Source: Gemmatimonadales bacterium
Lineage (GTDB): Bacteria; Gemmatimonadota; Gemmatimonadetes; Gemmatimonadales; GWC2-71-9
Assembly (NCBI GenBank): GCA_041615815.1
Contig: JBFJCP010000013.1
Coordinates: 1-64,000, forward strand
Direction: 5' to 3'
DNA: 64,000 nt
A model generated the notes under the pieces. It was not told the origin of the DNA, made no database searches, and saw only the letters and a program-made list of their open reading frames with translations. Below are positions 20,142-29,025 of this stretch, in pieces; position 1 is the first letter of the stretch; the number at the start of each line of letters is the position of its first letter. A program made the position numbers and the translations under genes.

Positions 20142-21494
20142 CTAATTCGTGGTCACCAACTCATTACGCGCCCGTTCTTGGGCCTCGATGGCTTCTCGTA
20201 TCCGGCTCGCCGAGTACCGGCTCAGTACCTGATCGATGAGGTCGCGAGACGCCGTGAGATGTGTCACGGCCTCGGGGTGGAGACCACCGCCGCGCAGAAC
20301 GAATATGGCGTCATCGGCCTCCGCTCGTGCTCTCGCCAAGAGCGTAGTGCGCCGTTCGGACGAGGCTGGGGGACTCGCATCCAGCAGCGCAATCGCCTCC
20401 CGGATATTCTCCAAGGCGTTGACCACACGTAGAAATGCGGCAACGGCCACGACCTGGGTGGCATCGAGATTGATACCGCTGCCGGTGGCACCAGCGATGA
20501 GCTGTCCCGCTGGTGAATTATTGAAGGCGTCACCGTTGTAGAAGGCCACTGCCCCCTCGATGGTCTCGACCGAGTTGTTGTGGAAGAAGGGACCGGTGTC
20601 CGCGGCTTCCACGAGGGGCGGGGTGTTGAAGGCCCCGTTCCCGGGGGTCCCTTGTCCGTCGTCGGGGGGATTGGGCTCGCCGGTGAGATCGGCAGGCTGG
20701 TCCGGCAGGTCTTCCACACCAGTATTGAAATTCAGATTTCCGGCTGTCGGCCCGAAGATGGCCGGATCCCCGTTGGCGCCGGCGTTGGCATGGCAGGCGT
20801 TGCATTTTCCGAGCGTGTTGTCCAGGAAGATCTCCTGGCCGCGGGATGCGATCACGCCTTTCAAGGCGAGCGGCAAGGTCAGGTCCTCCTGCCGCCCCAC
20901 CGAGAGCATGAAGGCCTCGATGGCATCCAATTCGTCGTCCGTGGGCAGCCGGAAATCGATCCCGGGAATGCGGTTGGTCGTGAGCGTGAAGTGCTGAATC
21001 ACCGCACCGGTCGTGAACGAGCGGAGCGAGCCGTCACCCGGCGCGCCATCGCCGGACCAGCCGGTCTGCGGGCCCTGCGCGCTATTCACGGACGTCCGTA
21101 ATGCCAGCGTATGCGGGATGCCTCGCATGTTGAAATTGTTGGCCAGATCGTCGAACCCGTCCTGATTCTCGAGAATGAGTCCGAACGCGCGCATGAGCGT
21201 CGGGTTCTCGAAGTTGTTGGCTAGATCGGGATTCGTCTCGGCCACGAAGAGCGCATCATCGGGGGGCAACATGGCGATGAACGCCGGCGTGAGCCCAAAG
21301 TTGTCCTCCGCCCGGTGACACGTTCCACAGGTGCGCCCGTTCCCGGCGAAGGTCTCGTTGAAAAACAGGCGCTCGCCCTCGAGCACGGGATCCGGAGGAC
21401 TCGGCGGTGCCGGCGGACAGGCGGAGAGCGTGAGAATAATGAGGGGAAGAGCACTATTGACGGCGAGTAACTGTACGAAATGGCCCCGTTTCAC
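20142..21494 (-). CDS. Di-haem cytochrome c peroxidase/MauG-superfamily lipoprotein
   Basis: GERLFF..GNGRTCGTCH and GQEIF..KCNACH haem motifs; FNTPPL..TGPFFHNNS; lipobox LSAC. Confidence 0.8.
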   Translation of the reverse strand: MKRGHFVQLLAVNSALPLIILTLSACPPAPPSPPDPVLEGERLFFNETFAGNGRTCGTCHRAEDNFGLTPAFIAMLPPDDALFVAETNPDLANNFENPTLMRAFGLILENQDGFDDLANNFNMRGIPHTLALRTSVNSAQGPQTGWSGDGAPGDGSLRSFTTGAVIQHFTLTTNRIPGIDFRLPTDDELDAIEAFMLSVGRQEDLTLPLALKGVIASRGQEIFLDNTLGKCNACHANAGANGDPAIFGPTAGNLNFNTGVEDLPDQPADLTGEPNPPDDGQGTPGNGAFNTPPLVEAADTGPFFHNNSVETIEGAVAFYNGDAFNNSPAGQLIAGATGSGINLDATQVVAVAAFLRVVNALENIREAIALLDASPPASSERRTTLLARARAEADDAIFVLRGGGLHPEAVTHLTASRDLIDQVLSRYSASRIREAIEAQERARNELVTTN

Positions 21495-21665
21495 CGGACG
21501 CTCCTCGGACGGAGAATTGGTCTGGTGTCGCTCACGACGGATTGCGTCTGCGCCCGCTCACGAGGGATTCGGGCGCACTGGCAGGGCGCGGTCCTATCGA
21601 TAACACCCGAGGTCGCGGGGAAGCAAGCCTCTTTGGGGTGCGGCACACTCTTCGTGGCCGGAAAA

Positions 21666-22493
21666 TCAAGGGTGAACAGGTCTCAGGTGCCCCCTTTGCG
21701 ACTCGTCGTCCCACGGGACACCCATTTGGGTGCACAGCATTCTCCACACCTGCGTGAGGGCTCGGTCCCGATCGATCGATGACTGCTCACGCGCGAGCAC
21801 GGCGCGCACCGCGTCCCCGCTCGTTTGGAGCGCCGCGTCCACCTCCTCGGGACTCGCGGCGGTCGTGTGCAGAAAGTGCTCGCGCCAAAACGTGACATTT
21901 CCCGACACCAGGGAGAGGGCACGGGAGGCGCCCACGGAAGGGTCAGCGGGGGGGGCCAAGCCGGCCCGCACGTACGGCAGGACCCAATTGTCTCGCGCGA
22001 ACACACCCGCAGGATTCTGCATCCAGATCCACGCGTGCAGCACGGCGAGACGCACGCCCCGGGCCTGTTCCATGTCATGCTGGGACCGCCCAAAGCTCTC
22101 GTCGCGTATGGTGCCCTGATGGAAGTGCCACATATTGTCTTCCGCGAGCCACCTCGGCGCGCTCTGGTCGGCCGACACGGCCTGTGCATAAGCGACGCCA
22201 ACGAGCGTCGGTCTACCTTCGATATTCACGTACGAGAGTATCGCCGGCCGCGCCGCGTCGAGGGAGCTCATGAGCAGCCGTACATTCACCCAATGCTCGC
22301 CCATGCCCGGAAAGTCCGGTCCGATCCGGCGGTACCCTGATGCGATCGCCACCATCCGATCGGTGAATCGGGCGGTCCCCTCCCGCGCCTCGTGCAGCAT
22401 GACCGCGAGATCGTCCCCGGACTGTCCCAGCGCCGTGCTGACGGTGAGGAGCCATGCCGTGAAGACCGCACGAGCCACTCGTGTAGCGGTCAC
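21666..22493 (-). CDS. Secreted hypothetical protein with conserved His motifs
   Basis: Signal peptide; GY..MGEHW..P.ILSY..LVGVAY..WHFH..LHAW..NPAGVF. Confidence 0.7.
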   Translation of the reverse strand: MTATRVARAVFTAWLLTVSTALGQSGDDLAVMLHEAREGTARFTDRMVAIASGYRRIGPDFPGMGEHWVNVRLLMSSLDAARPAILSYVNIEGRPTLVGVAYAQAVSADQSAPRWLAEDNMWHFHQGTIRDESFGRSQHDMEQARGVRLAVLHAWIWMQNPAGVFARDNWVLPYVRAGLAPPADPSVGASRALSLVSGNVTFWREHFLHTTAASPEEVDAALQTSGDAVRAVLAREQSSIDRDRALTQVWRMLCTQMGVPWDDESQRGHLRPVHP

Positions 22494-22891
22494 GGCTCGA
22501 GAACGGCTAAGTGTTCTTGGTCATAGGCCTCGAGGATGCGCGACAACAACTCCGGCGTGACTCCACTGGGATAGCGTGCGAACGCGCGAAGTTGCTCCAG
22601 GACCCTCCGTCCAGGACCAGCTCGACCGCGATAGCTGGCGAACCTCGCATCGTCGAAGTTCGCTCGTGAGATGGCGAAGAATGGCGCGATCGTGAGAAGA
22701 CCGTCGGCGTCCAAGAGAAACGCCGTATCTCTCACTTCCACGAGTTCACCGGCAATGATGCGCCCGGATACCAGCTGAAATTCCGCCGTGGTGCCGCCAG
22801 GTCCCTTCGCCGGCGGGTAGCGATCGACGGAGCTGCCAATCGTGCATCCCATCCCCAGCGCGATCGAGCACAACAGTGTCAAACGCGGCAT
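22490..22891 (-). CDS. Hypothetical lipoprotein
   Basis: Lipobox GMGC; coupled to both neighbouring genes. Confidence 0.65.
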   Translation of the reverse strand: MPRLTLLCSIALGMGCTIGSSVDRYPPAKGPGGTTAEFQLVSGRIIAGELVEVRDTAFLLDADGLLTIAPFFAISRANFDDARFASYRGRAGPGRRVLEQLRAFARYPSGVTPELLSRILEAYDQEHLAVLEP

Positions 22892-22893
22892 GG

Positions 22894-24423
22894 TCACCGT
22901 GCTCCGAAGCGTGTGGCGAAGAATCGTTGCTCGTATTCGCGCTGCACCACCTGCCACCGCCGCATCGCCGCGAACAGCGCCTCATTGGATGGGGTGAACG
23001 TGCCCGGCGGTCGCCGTAGCCAATCGGGTCGCATCCATTCCACGTAGTAACCCTGAGTCGCCAGGAGATACGTGCGGTCATCCTGGGCCCGCCCCGCGTC
23101 GAACTCCACGAAGAACGAGTCACCCGGACCCGTCTGGAGATATCGGTCATCCGCGGTACGCACGGCCGTGAGCGCCTCCGGGATCGGTTCCCTGTCGGGA
23201 GCCACGATCCGTGCCGGCGGGATGCTCTCGATTCCGGGCCGCCAGGGTTCCGCCGCAAAGACCGCACGATCGATTCGCCACGCATCGGCTACGAACACGA
23301 GCCGAACCTGGAGGGTGTCGGGCCGGGTGACCGGAAGCATGACGGCCCTGTGACTCCAGGCAATCGGCCCAGCGTCGCGGATCCAGCCAACCTCGCGCCA
23401 AGCCCCGGATGCATCCGCCACTCTCACCCGCAGCCCCATCTCTTCCACGAACCACCGACCCAGCTCCAACGCCGGGCCAATCTCTTCGAGATCGCGACCG
23501 ATCCAGTCGAGGGCGCGAGCTCCCTGGCCGGAGAGCATGACGTCGTACAGCAACACGGTTGTGAGCAGGCTGTTCCGTAGGGTGAGCACAAGCGCCACGG
23601 AGTCTGCTGCTGCCGGCACCGGAAAGACGAGGTCGATGTAATCTCGAGGGTCATCTGCGTTCGCGTTGGCGAGCGTCGAGCTGTCGGTCGCGAAGGCCTC
23701 GCCATCCAAATGCGTCAGGACGTTGAGCACGTCCCGCCCCGCTCGGTCCACAGCGTGGCTTGCGGGACTGAGTGCGGGTGCCGCAATCGGCATCCCCCCG
23801 ACGTCCGGAGCGATCCATTCGCCGGGTGGGTGGTCGACCGCCAAGAGTTCGAGGTGATTGATATAGTGCGTTTCGGCGGCCTCGTTCTTGACCTCAAGCC
23901 GCAGCATGGGTTTCAGATCGTTGGTGATCGAGAGACGATCGACGTCGCGGGCCTCGAAGAGCGGGACGATGCTGTGCGAGAACGCCTCCGCCTGAAGCAC
24001 TGACGTACCCGCGCTGTCAATGTAGATCGTTGGACACGAGCCGAAGATCGCGACCGCGAGCGCCGCCGTGCCCATAGTCGCACCTGCGGTGGCAAGTAGA
24101 GAGCCGAGCACCGTGGCCGGGACGTTGACCTTGTCGTGGTAGCTCTCCATGCCCGCCACACTGTCTAGCGGGATGAAACTCACGCGTCTCAGGGGCTCGA
24201 GGTTCAGGCCGTACTGTGTTCCCGCACCGAAAACAGTGTCACGGACGAGCCTGAACCCCGTGGGGAACGTGACAATGGTCCCGTCGAGGAGGTGGGCTTT
24301 GGCAGGCGCGGTAACGACAGTCCGAGGATCGGTAGACTCCACGGGCCTGGTCTGAACGCTGCGGAAGACGCAAGCCGTCGCGGCGGTGGCGAGCACTAGG
24401 ACCAGCACAATGCGCACCCTCAC
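22894..24423 (-). CDS. Hypothetical lipoprotein with internal hydrophobic helix and GSCP motif
   Basis: AAGGAGG RBS and GTG at 24423; lipobox ATAC; internal TM-like segment followed by GSCPTIY. Confidence 0.7.
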   Translation of the reverse strand: MRVRIVLVLVLATAATACVFRSVQTRPVESTDPRTVVTAPAKAHLLDGTIVTFPTGFRLVRDTVFGAGTQYGLNLEPLRRVSFIPLDSVAGMESYHDKVNVPATVLGSLLATAGATMGTAALAVAIFGSCPTIYIDSAGTSVLQAEAFSHSIVPLFEARDVDRLSITNDLKPMLRLEVKNEAAETHYINHLELLAVDHPPGEWIAPDVGGMPIAAPALSPASHAVDRAGRDVLNVLTHLDGEAFATDSSTLANANADDPRDYIDLVFPVPAAADSVALVLTLRNSLLTTVLLYDVMLSGQGARALDWIGRDLEEIGPALELGRWFVEEMGLRVRVADASGAWREVGWIRDAGPIAWSHRAVMLPVTRPDTLQVRLVFVADAWRIDRAVFAAEPWRPGIESIPPARIVAPDREPIPEALTAVRTADDRYLQTGPGDSFFVEFDAGRAQDDRTYLLATQGYYVEWMRPDWLRRPPGTFTPSNEALFAAMRRWQVVQREYEQRFFATRFGAR

Positions 24424-24691
24424 ACAGAGCCTCCTTCTGTAAAGCGTATTGGGTTTCTCCGTATGACGCTCGAGGAGGACACACAACTCACGCGTTCCAT
24501 CTTATTACTGGGGAGTCAAGCAAACGTCAATTGGTCTCTACCTCGCCGCCAGGAATTCAGCCTCGTATGCTGCCGGAGGGGCGCTGCTGGACAAACTGGC
24601 TCCCTACGCGTACGTCCTATGTTCATCGCATCCCGCTCGCGGGACGCAATTCCTATCAAAACCATATTACGAACCAAGAAGGGAGCCTCAC

Positions 24692-24904
24692 ATGGCTGAG
24701 AGCGTTTACAAGGTGATCGAGCTGGTGGGAACGAGTGGCGATTCCTGGGAGAAGGCCGCGGCAGCGGCCGTCAAACTGGCGTCCCAGAGCGTACGGGATA
24801 TGCGGGTTGCCGAGGTGACCGAGCTGGACATGACCTTGGACAATGGGAAGGTCACGGCCTACCGGGCGAAAGTGAAAGTCTCCTTCAAGCACGAAGGCAA
24901 GTAG
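24692..24904 (+). CDS. Dodecin family flavin-binding protein
   Basis: VYKVIELVGTS..SWEKA..YRAKVKVSFK; 70 aa; GGGAG RBS. Confidence 0.92.
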   Translation: MAESVYKVIELVGTSGDSWEKAAAAAVKLASQSVRDMRVAEVTELDMTLDNGKVTAYRAKVKVSFKHEGK

Positions 24905-24941
24905 GGGATCGAAGGTTTTATTCGGGTCGACTCAGGCAGTC

Positions 24942-26885
24942 ATGACCCCTTCCCTCTACACGCGACGCGAATTCACTGAAATCCTGGCAGCCGCGGGAGC
25001 CGCGGGTCTGTTGGGTTGCGATCGAGCCGGCTTGGCCATCGACGGCGTCGTGGTCGAGCGCGACCTCGTCATTCCCATGCGCGACGGGGTCGCGTTGGCT
25101 GCCGACGTCCATCGTCCAGCGCAAAACGGCCGCCCCTTGCCTGGACCCTTCCCCACCGTCCTCGAGCGTACTCCGTACGGCAAGCACCTGCCGAGCCGGA
25201 CGGAGCGCGCATTGGGCGACTTGGCCCCGCGGTCTCGTGAGGAGGTCGCGGCCATGTTTGTCCTGACCGGCATCGTGGTCGTGTACCAGGACGTGCGCGG
25301 ACGCTATGCGTCCGGCGGCACGTTCGAGAAATACGTGGACGATGCGAACGATGGATACGACACCTGCGCCTGGCTCGTGCAGCAACCGTGGTGTAACGGA
25401 ACGATCGGGACCAAAGGCTTTTCGTACGCTGCGCACACGCAAGGAGCACTTGCCAGTATGGGTGCGCCCGGTGTCGCGGCGATGTTCGTGGACTCGGGCG
25501 CGTTCTCCAATTCCTATCAAGGAGGCATACGCCAGGGCGGTGCGTTCGAGCTCAAACAGGCCACATGGGCGTACCGTAATGCGCTGGTGGACCCGCAAAT
25601 CACGGCCGAGCACGAGCTCCACCAGAAGCTCGAAGCTGTCGACATCCACGACTGGTTCCGCCGCATGCCGTGGAAGCCCGGGCATTCGCCGGTTTCCCTG
25701 GCGCCCACGTACGAAGCGTACCTCTTCGAACAGTGGAGCCGCGGCGCGTTCGACGAGTACTGGAAGCGTCCGGGACTGTGGGCACAGGGGTATTATGACC
25801 GCTTTCCCAAAGGGCCTCAGGTCTACGTCTCCTCCTGGTACGATCCCTATCCACGCACCGCAACCGAGAACTTCATGGGGGTGTCCACACAAAGCGACCA
25901 TCCGGTATGGCTCGTGTTGGGTCCATGGACCCATGGCAACCGATCGCAGACGTTTGCCGGCGACGTGGATTTCGGCCCCAGCGCCACATGGGACAAGAAC
26001 GTCTCGGAGAACTATTGGGATTTCCGGCTCAGGTTCTTCGAGCGCTATCTGCTCGGACGCGACAATGGGTTCGAACAGGAACCTCGGGTTCGGTATTTCG
26101 TGATGGGTGGGGGGAGCGGTCGGCGGAACGCCAACGGACGGTTGGATCATGGCGGCCGTTGGCGAGCCGCCACGAACTGGCCGGTGCCCGGTACGGAGAA
26201 TCGCGACTTCTATCTCCATCCGGACGGCGGCCTCAGAACGAACCCGTCGAGCGATACGGGTCGTTTTCTCTCGTATCGCTACGATCCCCGGAATCCTGTC
26301 CCTTCCATCGGCGGCACGATCACGTCGGGGGCACCCATCATGAACGGTGGCGCCTACGATCAGCGGGAGTCACCGGACTTCTTCGGCTCGAACCCGCCAT
26401 ATGAGCCGCTCGCGGCGAGACCGGACGTGTTGGTCTTTCAGACCGATCCCTTGGAGCGCGCAGTCGAGATTACGGGCCCGCTCACGGTCGTGCTCTGGGT
26501 CTCCAGCGATGCGCCGGACACCGACTTCACGGCCAAGCTGGTAGATGTCTACCCGCCCAACGAGGACTACCCCGAGGGTTTCGCGATGAACATCACTGAT
26601 GGGATCATCCGGATGCGGTACCGGGACTCGTGGGAGACTCCTTCGCTGATGAAACCAGGGATGCTGTATCGGGCCACGATCGAAGCCTTCCCGTCCAGCA
26701 ATCTGTTCGCGCGCGGACATCGTATCCGACTCGATATCTCGAGCAGCAATTTTCCGCACTTCGACCTGAATTTCAACACAGGTGAGGCCGAGGGACTGGC
26801 AACGTACGCGCGGATCGCGACCAACCGGGTGTGGTTGGACCGGGATCACGCGTCGCACGCAATGCTGCCGGTCGTGGCGGGGTGA
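24942..26885 (+). CDS. CocE/NonD family hydrolase, Tat-exported
   Basis: TRREF twin-arginine signal; RDGVALAAD, RTPYGK, QDVRGRYASGG, GFSYA nucleophile, GPWTH, SSSNFPHFD. Confidence 0.92.
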   Translation: MTPSLYTRREFTEILAAAGAAGLLGCDRAGLAIDGVVVERDLVIPMRDGVALAADVHRPAQNGRPLPGPFPTVLERTPYGKHLPSRTERALGDLAPRSREEVAAMFVLTGIVVVYQDVRGRYASGGTFEKYVDDANDGYDTCAWLVQQPWCNGTIGTKGFSYAAHTQGALASMGAPGVAAMFVDSGAFSNSYQGGIRQGGAFELKQATWAYRNALVDPQITAEHELHQKLEAVDIHDWFRRMPWKPGHSPVSLAPTYEAYLFEQWSRGAFDEYWKRPGLWAQGYYDRFPKGPQVYVSSWYDPYPRTATENFMGVSTQSDHPVWLVLGPWTHGNRSQTFAGDVDFGPSATWDKNVSENYWDFRLRFFERYLLGRDNGFEQEPRVRYFVMGGGSGRRNANGRLDHGGRWRAATNWPVPGTENRDFYLHPDGGLRTNPSSDTGRFLSYRYDPRNPVPSIGGTITSGAPIMNGGAYDQRESPDFFGSNPPYEPLAARPDVLVFQTDPLERAVEITGPLTVVLWVSSDAPDTDFTAKLVDVYPPNEDYPEGFAMNITDGIIRMRYRDSWETPSLMKPGMLYRATIEAFPSSNLFARGHRIRLDISSSNFPHFDLNFNTGEAEGLATYARIATNRVWLDRDHASHAMLPVVAG

Positions 26886-27056
26886 GGGGTTCCCCGCAAG
26901 TTCTCCTCCAGGAAACGCGCAGGACTCGCGTCGGGGTGCGTGGTGACACAGGTGAAGTGTCTGCTCTGGCGCGGGGGCACCCTCGGCCTGTCGCGAGAGC
27001 AGGGTGAACCTGCCAACCTGCGGTAAGGGAATACTCGTAACTACAAACCGTGGAAT

Positions 27057-27902
27057 ATGAGCCTTCCGTGGGGAGTTCTGTTGGCCCTTGGAGCAGCGGC
27101 GGCGTGGGGGAGCGGCGATTTCAGCGGCGGGCTGGCGGGCCGTCGCAGCCACATCGCCGTGGTCGTGACCTGGTCCGCATGCTCCGGCGCGGTGCTCACG
27201 GCGGCGGCCCTTCTAGTGAGCGGTGTGCGTCTCCCCGACGTCGCCACCGTGGGCTGGGCAGCGTCCGCCGGCATCGCCGGCGCTCTGGGCCTGGCGGCCC
27301 TCTTTCGCGGGCTGGCCGTGGGACGATCCGCACTCGTCGCACCTATCGCGGGGGTCACTGGTGCCGCCATCCCGGTGATCGTGGGGCTGGTCACCGAAGG
27401 AGCGCTTCCCGTGGGACAGGAGACTGGACTCGTCGTGGCCCTGGTCGGAATCTGGCTCCTGACGCAGCAACGGTCGTCGTCCGCCGACACGGCTGGACGC
27501 CGGGGGATGGGATTGGCGGTGATGGCCGGGATCGGCTTCGGGGGTTTCTTCGTCCTCTTTGCGCAAGTGGAATCGGGCGCCGTCCTTCCGGCACTGGCTA
27601 TCAACCGCGTGGCGGCGCTGGCGGTTGGTTTGATGTTTGTCGTGATCACCAGGGCGCATTTCACGGGCCTTGGAGCCAACCGGCTCGCGCTGGTAGCGGG
27701 TGTCATGGACGCAACAGGCGGACTGTGCTATTTGCTGGCGACGGGTTTCGTCCGTGCGGAGGTTGCAGCGGTGCTCGGATCGTTTTATCCGGCCGTCACC
27801 GTGGTCTTGTACCGTGCCCTGGGAAACGAGCGGATCGTGTGGACCCAGTGGCTGGGAATCGTTTTCTGTGTGGCGGCCACAGCAATGATAGTGGGAACGT
27901 GA
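27057..27902 (+). CDS. EamA/DMT family transporter
   Basis: About 10 TM helices; WGSGDFSGG and YPAVTV..L..ERI motifs. Confidence 0.88.
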   Translation: MSLPWGVLLALGAAAAWGSGDFSGGLAGRRSHIAVVVTWSACSGAVLTAAALLVSGVRLPDVATVGWAASAGIAGALGLAALFRGLAVGRSALVAPIAGVTGAAIPVIVGLVTEGALPVGQETGLVVALVGIWLLTQQRSSSADTAGRRGMGLAVMAGIGFGGFFVLFAQVESGAVLPALAINRVAALAVGLMFVVITRAHFTGLGANRLALVAGVMDATGGLCYLLATGFVRAEVAAVLGSFYPAVTVVLYRALGNERIVWTQWLGIVFCVAATAMIVGT

Positions 27903-28004
27903 CTGGGACTCGTCTCGCTCTGCGTCAGGGGTCGCGCGGCGTTCCTATGGTGCGTGTGAACGGCGAGGGTCCAGCGCGCGCCGAACACCTAACCCTTAGC
28001 CCCC

Positions 28005-28910
28005 TCATCTCCCATTCGTTGCACTGGTACCGGCGATCGCCCCCCTGATGGCCTCCACGGTCCGGTCCACGCGGAATCCCAGGAGCTTCTCACCAAGCTC
28101 GATCGTCTTTTCTTTGGGCTCGATGCTCACACCGTTGATCGTGGCTTTCCCGGCTCTGACCCGCTGGTCGTAGCGAACGGCCGTGGGATCGGTCACCATG
28201 ATTTCGGACGTAATGATGAAATTGTCGTGGAGACCCTCGTCCACTTGCACGATCCCAAACTGCTCTTCCATCCAACCCGGTGAGTCCTGTTTGAGGCGAT
28301 AGAACTCCAGGATGTGATGGGCGGTCGCTTGGCCCCACTTCTCGTTCAACGCGTTGGCCACGGCCGCCATGCCTCGCTGGTTCCCACCACTGTCGCCGAT
28401 GAAGATGATATTCACGAAGCCGTGGGCCTTCAGACTGCTGGCCACATCGGTCAGCACTGAACGGAAGGTCTCTTCCCGCAGGCTGATGGTTCCCGGATAT
28501 CGCATGTGACCCGACGGTTCGTCGATGTTTCCCTCGGGTACGAGCTTGATGATGGGCGCACAAAGCGCATTGCCGAGTTTTCGGGCAATACGCTCACAGG
28601 CACCTTGAAGAACGTAGTTGTGTTTTCCGGTGGCCAGGTACGGACCGTTTGGCTCGATCCCACCCGTCGTGATGATCGCGGTGGTCATGCCGGCAGCGAG
28701 CGCATCCCGCACCTCCAACCAGGTGAGCTCTTCGATCCACACCGAGTTGAGCGCGTCGATGGGGCGCGGCTGCTGCAGTTCCTCCTGCAGCTCTCGCTCG
28801 CGCTGCGCCCGCTCCTCGGGAGTGATGGTGCGTTGCTGCGCTTGGATCGTGGCCGCCTGCCCAATCGCGAGAGCGACCAAGACCATGGTCACCAACCATT
28901 TCTGTTTCAT
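28005..28910 (-). CDS. Secreted creatininase-family protein (divergent active site)
   Basis: EELTWLEV, TGGIEPNGPY, HMRYPGTISL, GDSGGNQ; signal peptide at ATG 28910. Confidence 0.8.
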   Translation of the reverse strand: MKQKWLVTMVLVALAIGQAATIQAQQRTITPEERAQRERELQEELQQPRPIDALNSVWIEELTWLEVRDALAAGMTTAIITTGGIEPNGPYLATGKHNYVLQGACERIARKLGNALCAPIIKLVPEGNIDEPSGHMRYPGTISLREETFRSVLTDVASSLKAHGFVNIIFIGDSGGNQRGMAAVANALNEKWGQATAHHILEFYRLKQDSPGWMEEQFGIVQVDEGLHDNFIITSEIMVTDPTAVRYDQRVRAGKATINGVSIEPKEKTIELGEKLLGFRVDRTVEAIRGAIAGTSATNGR

Positions 28911-29025
28911 CTCGACACCCTCGAGGAAAGTACCTCTTGGCGGCGGATGGAGCGGCGTGAACGGACTGCCACAAGATCCCCGGCAGCCCCTTCTAGCGTT
29001 CACACCTTCCCGACCCTTCAACCGC

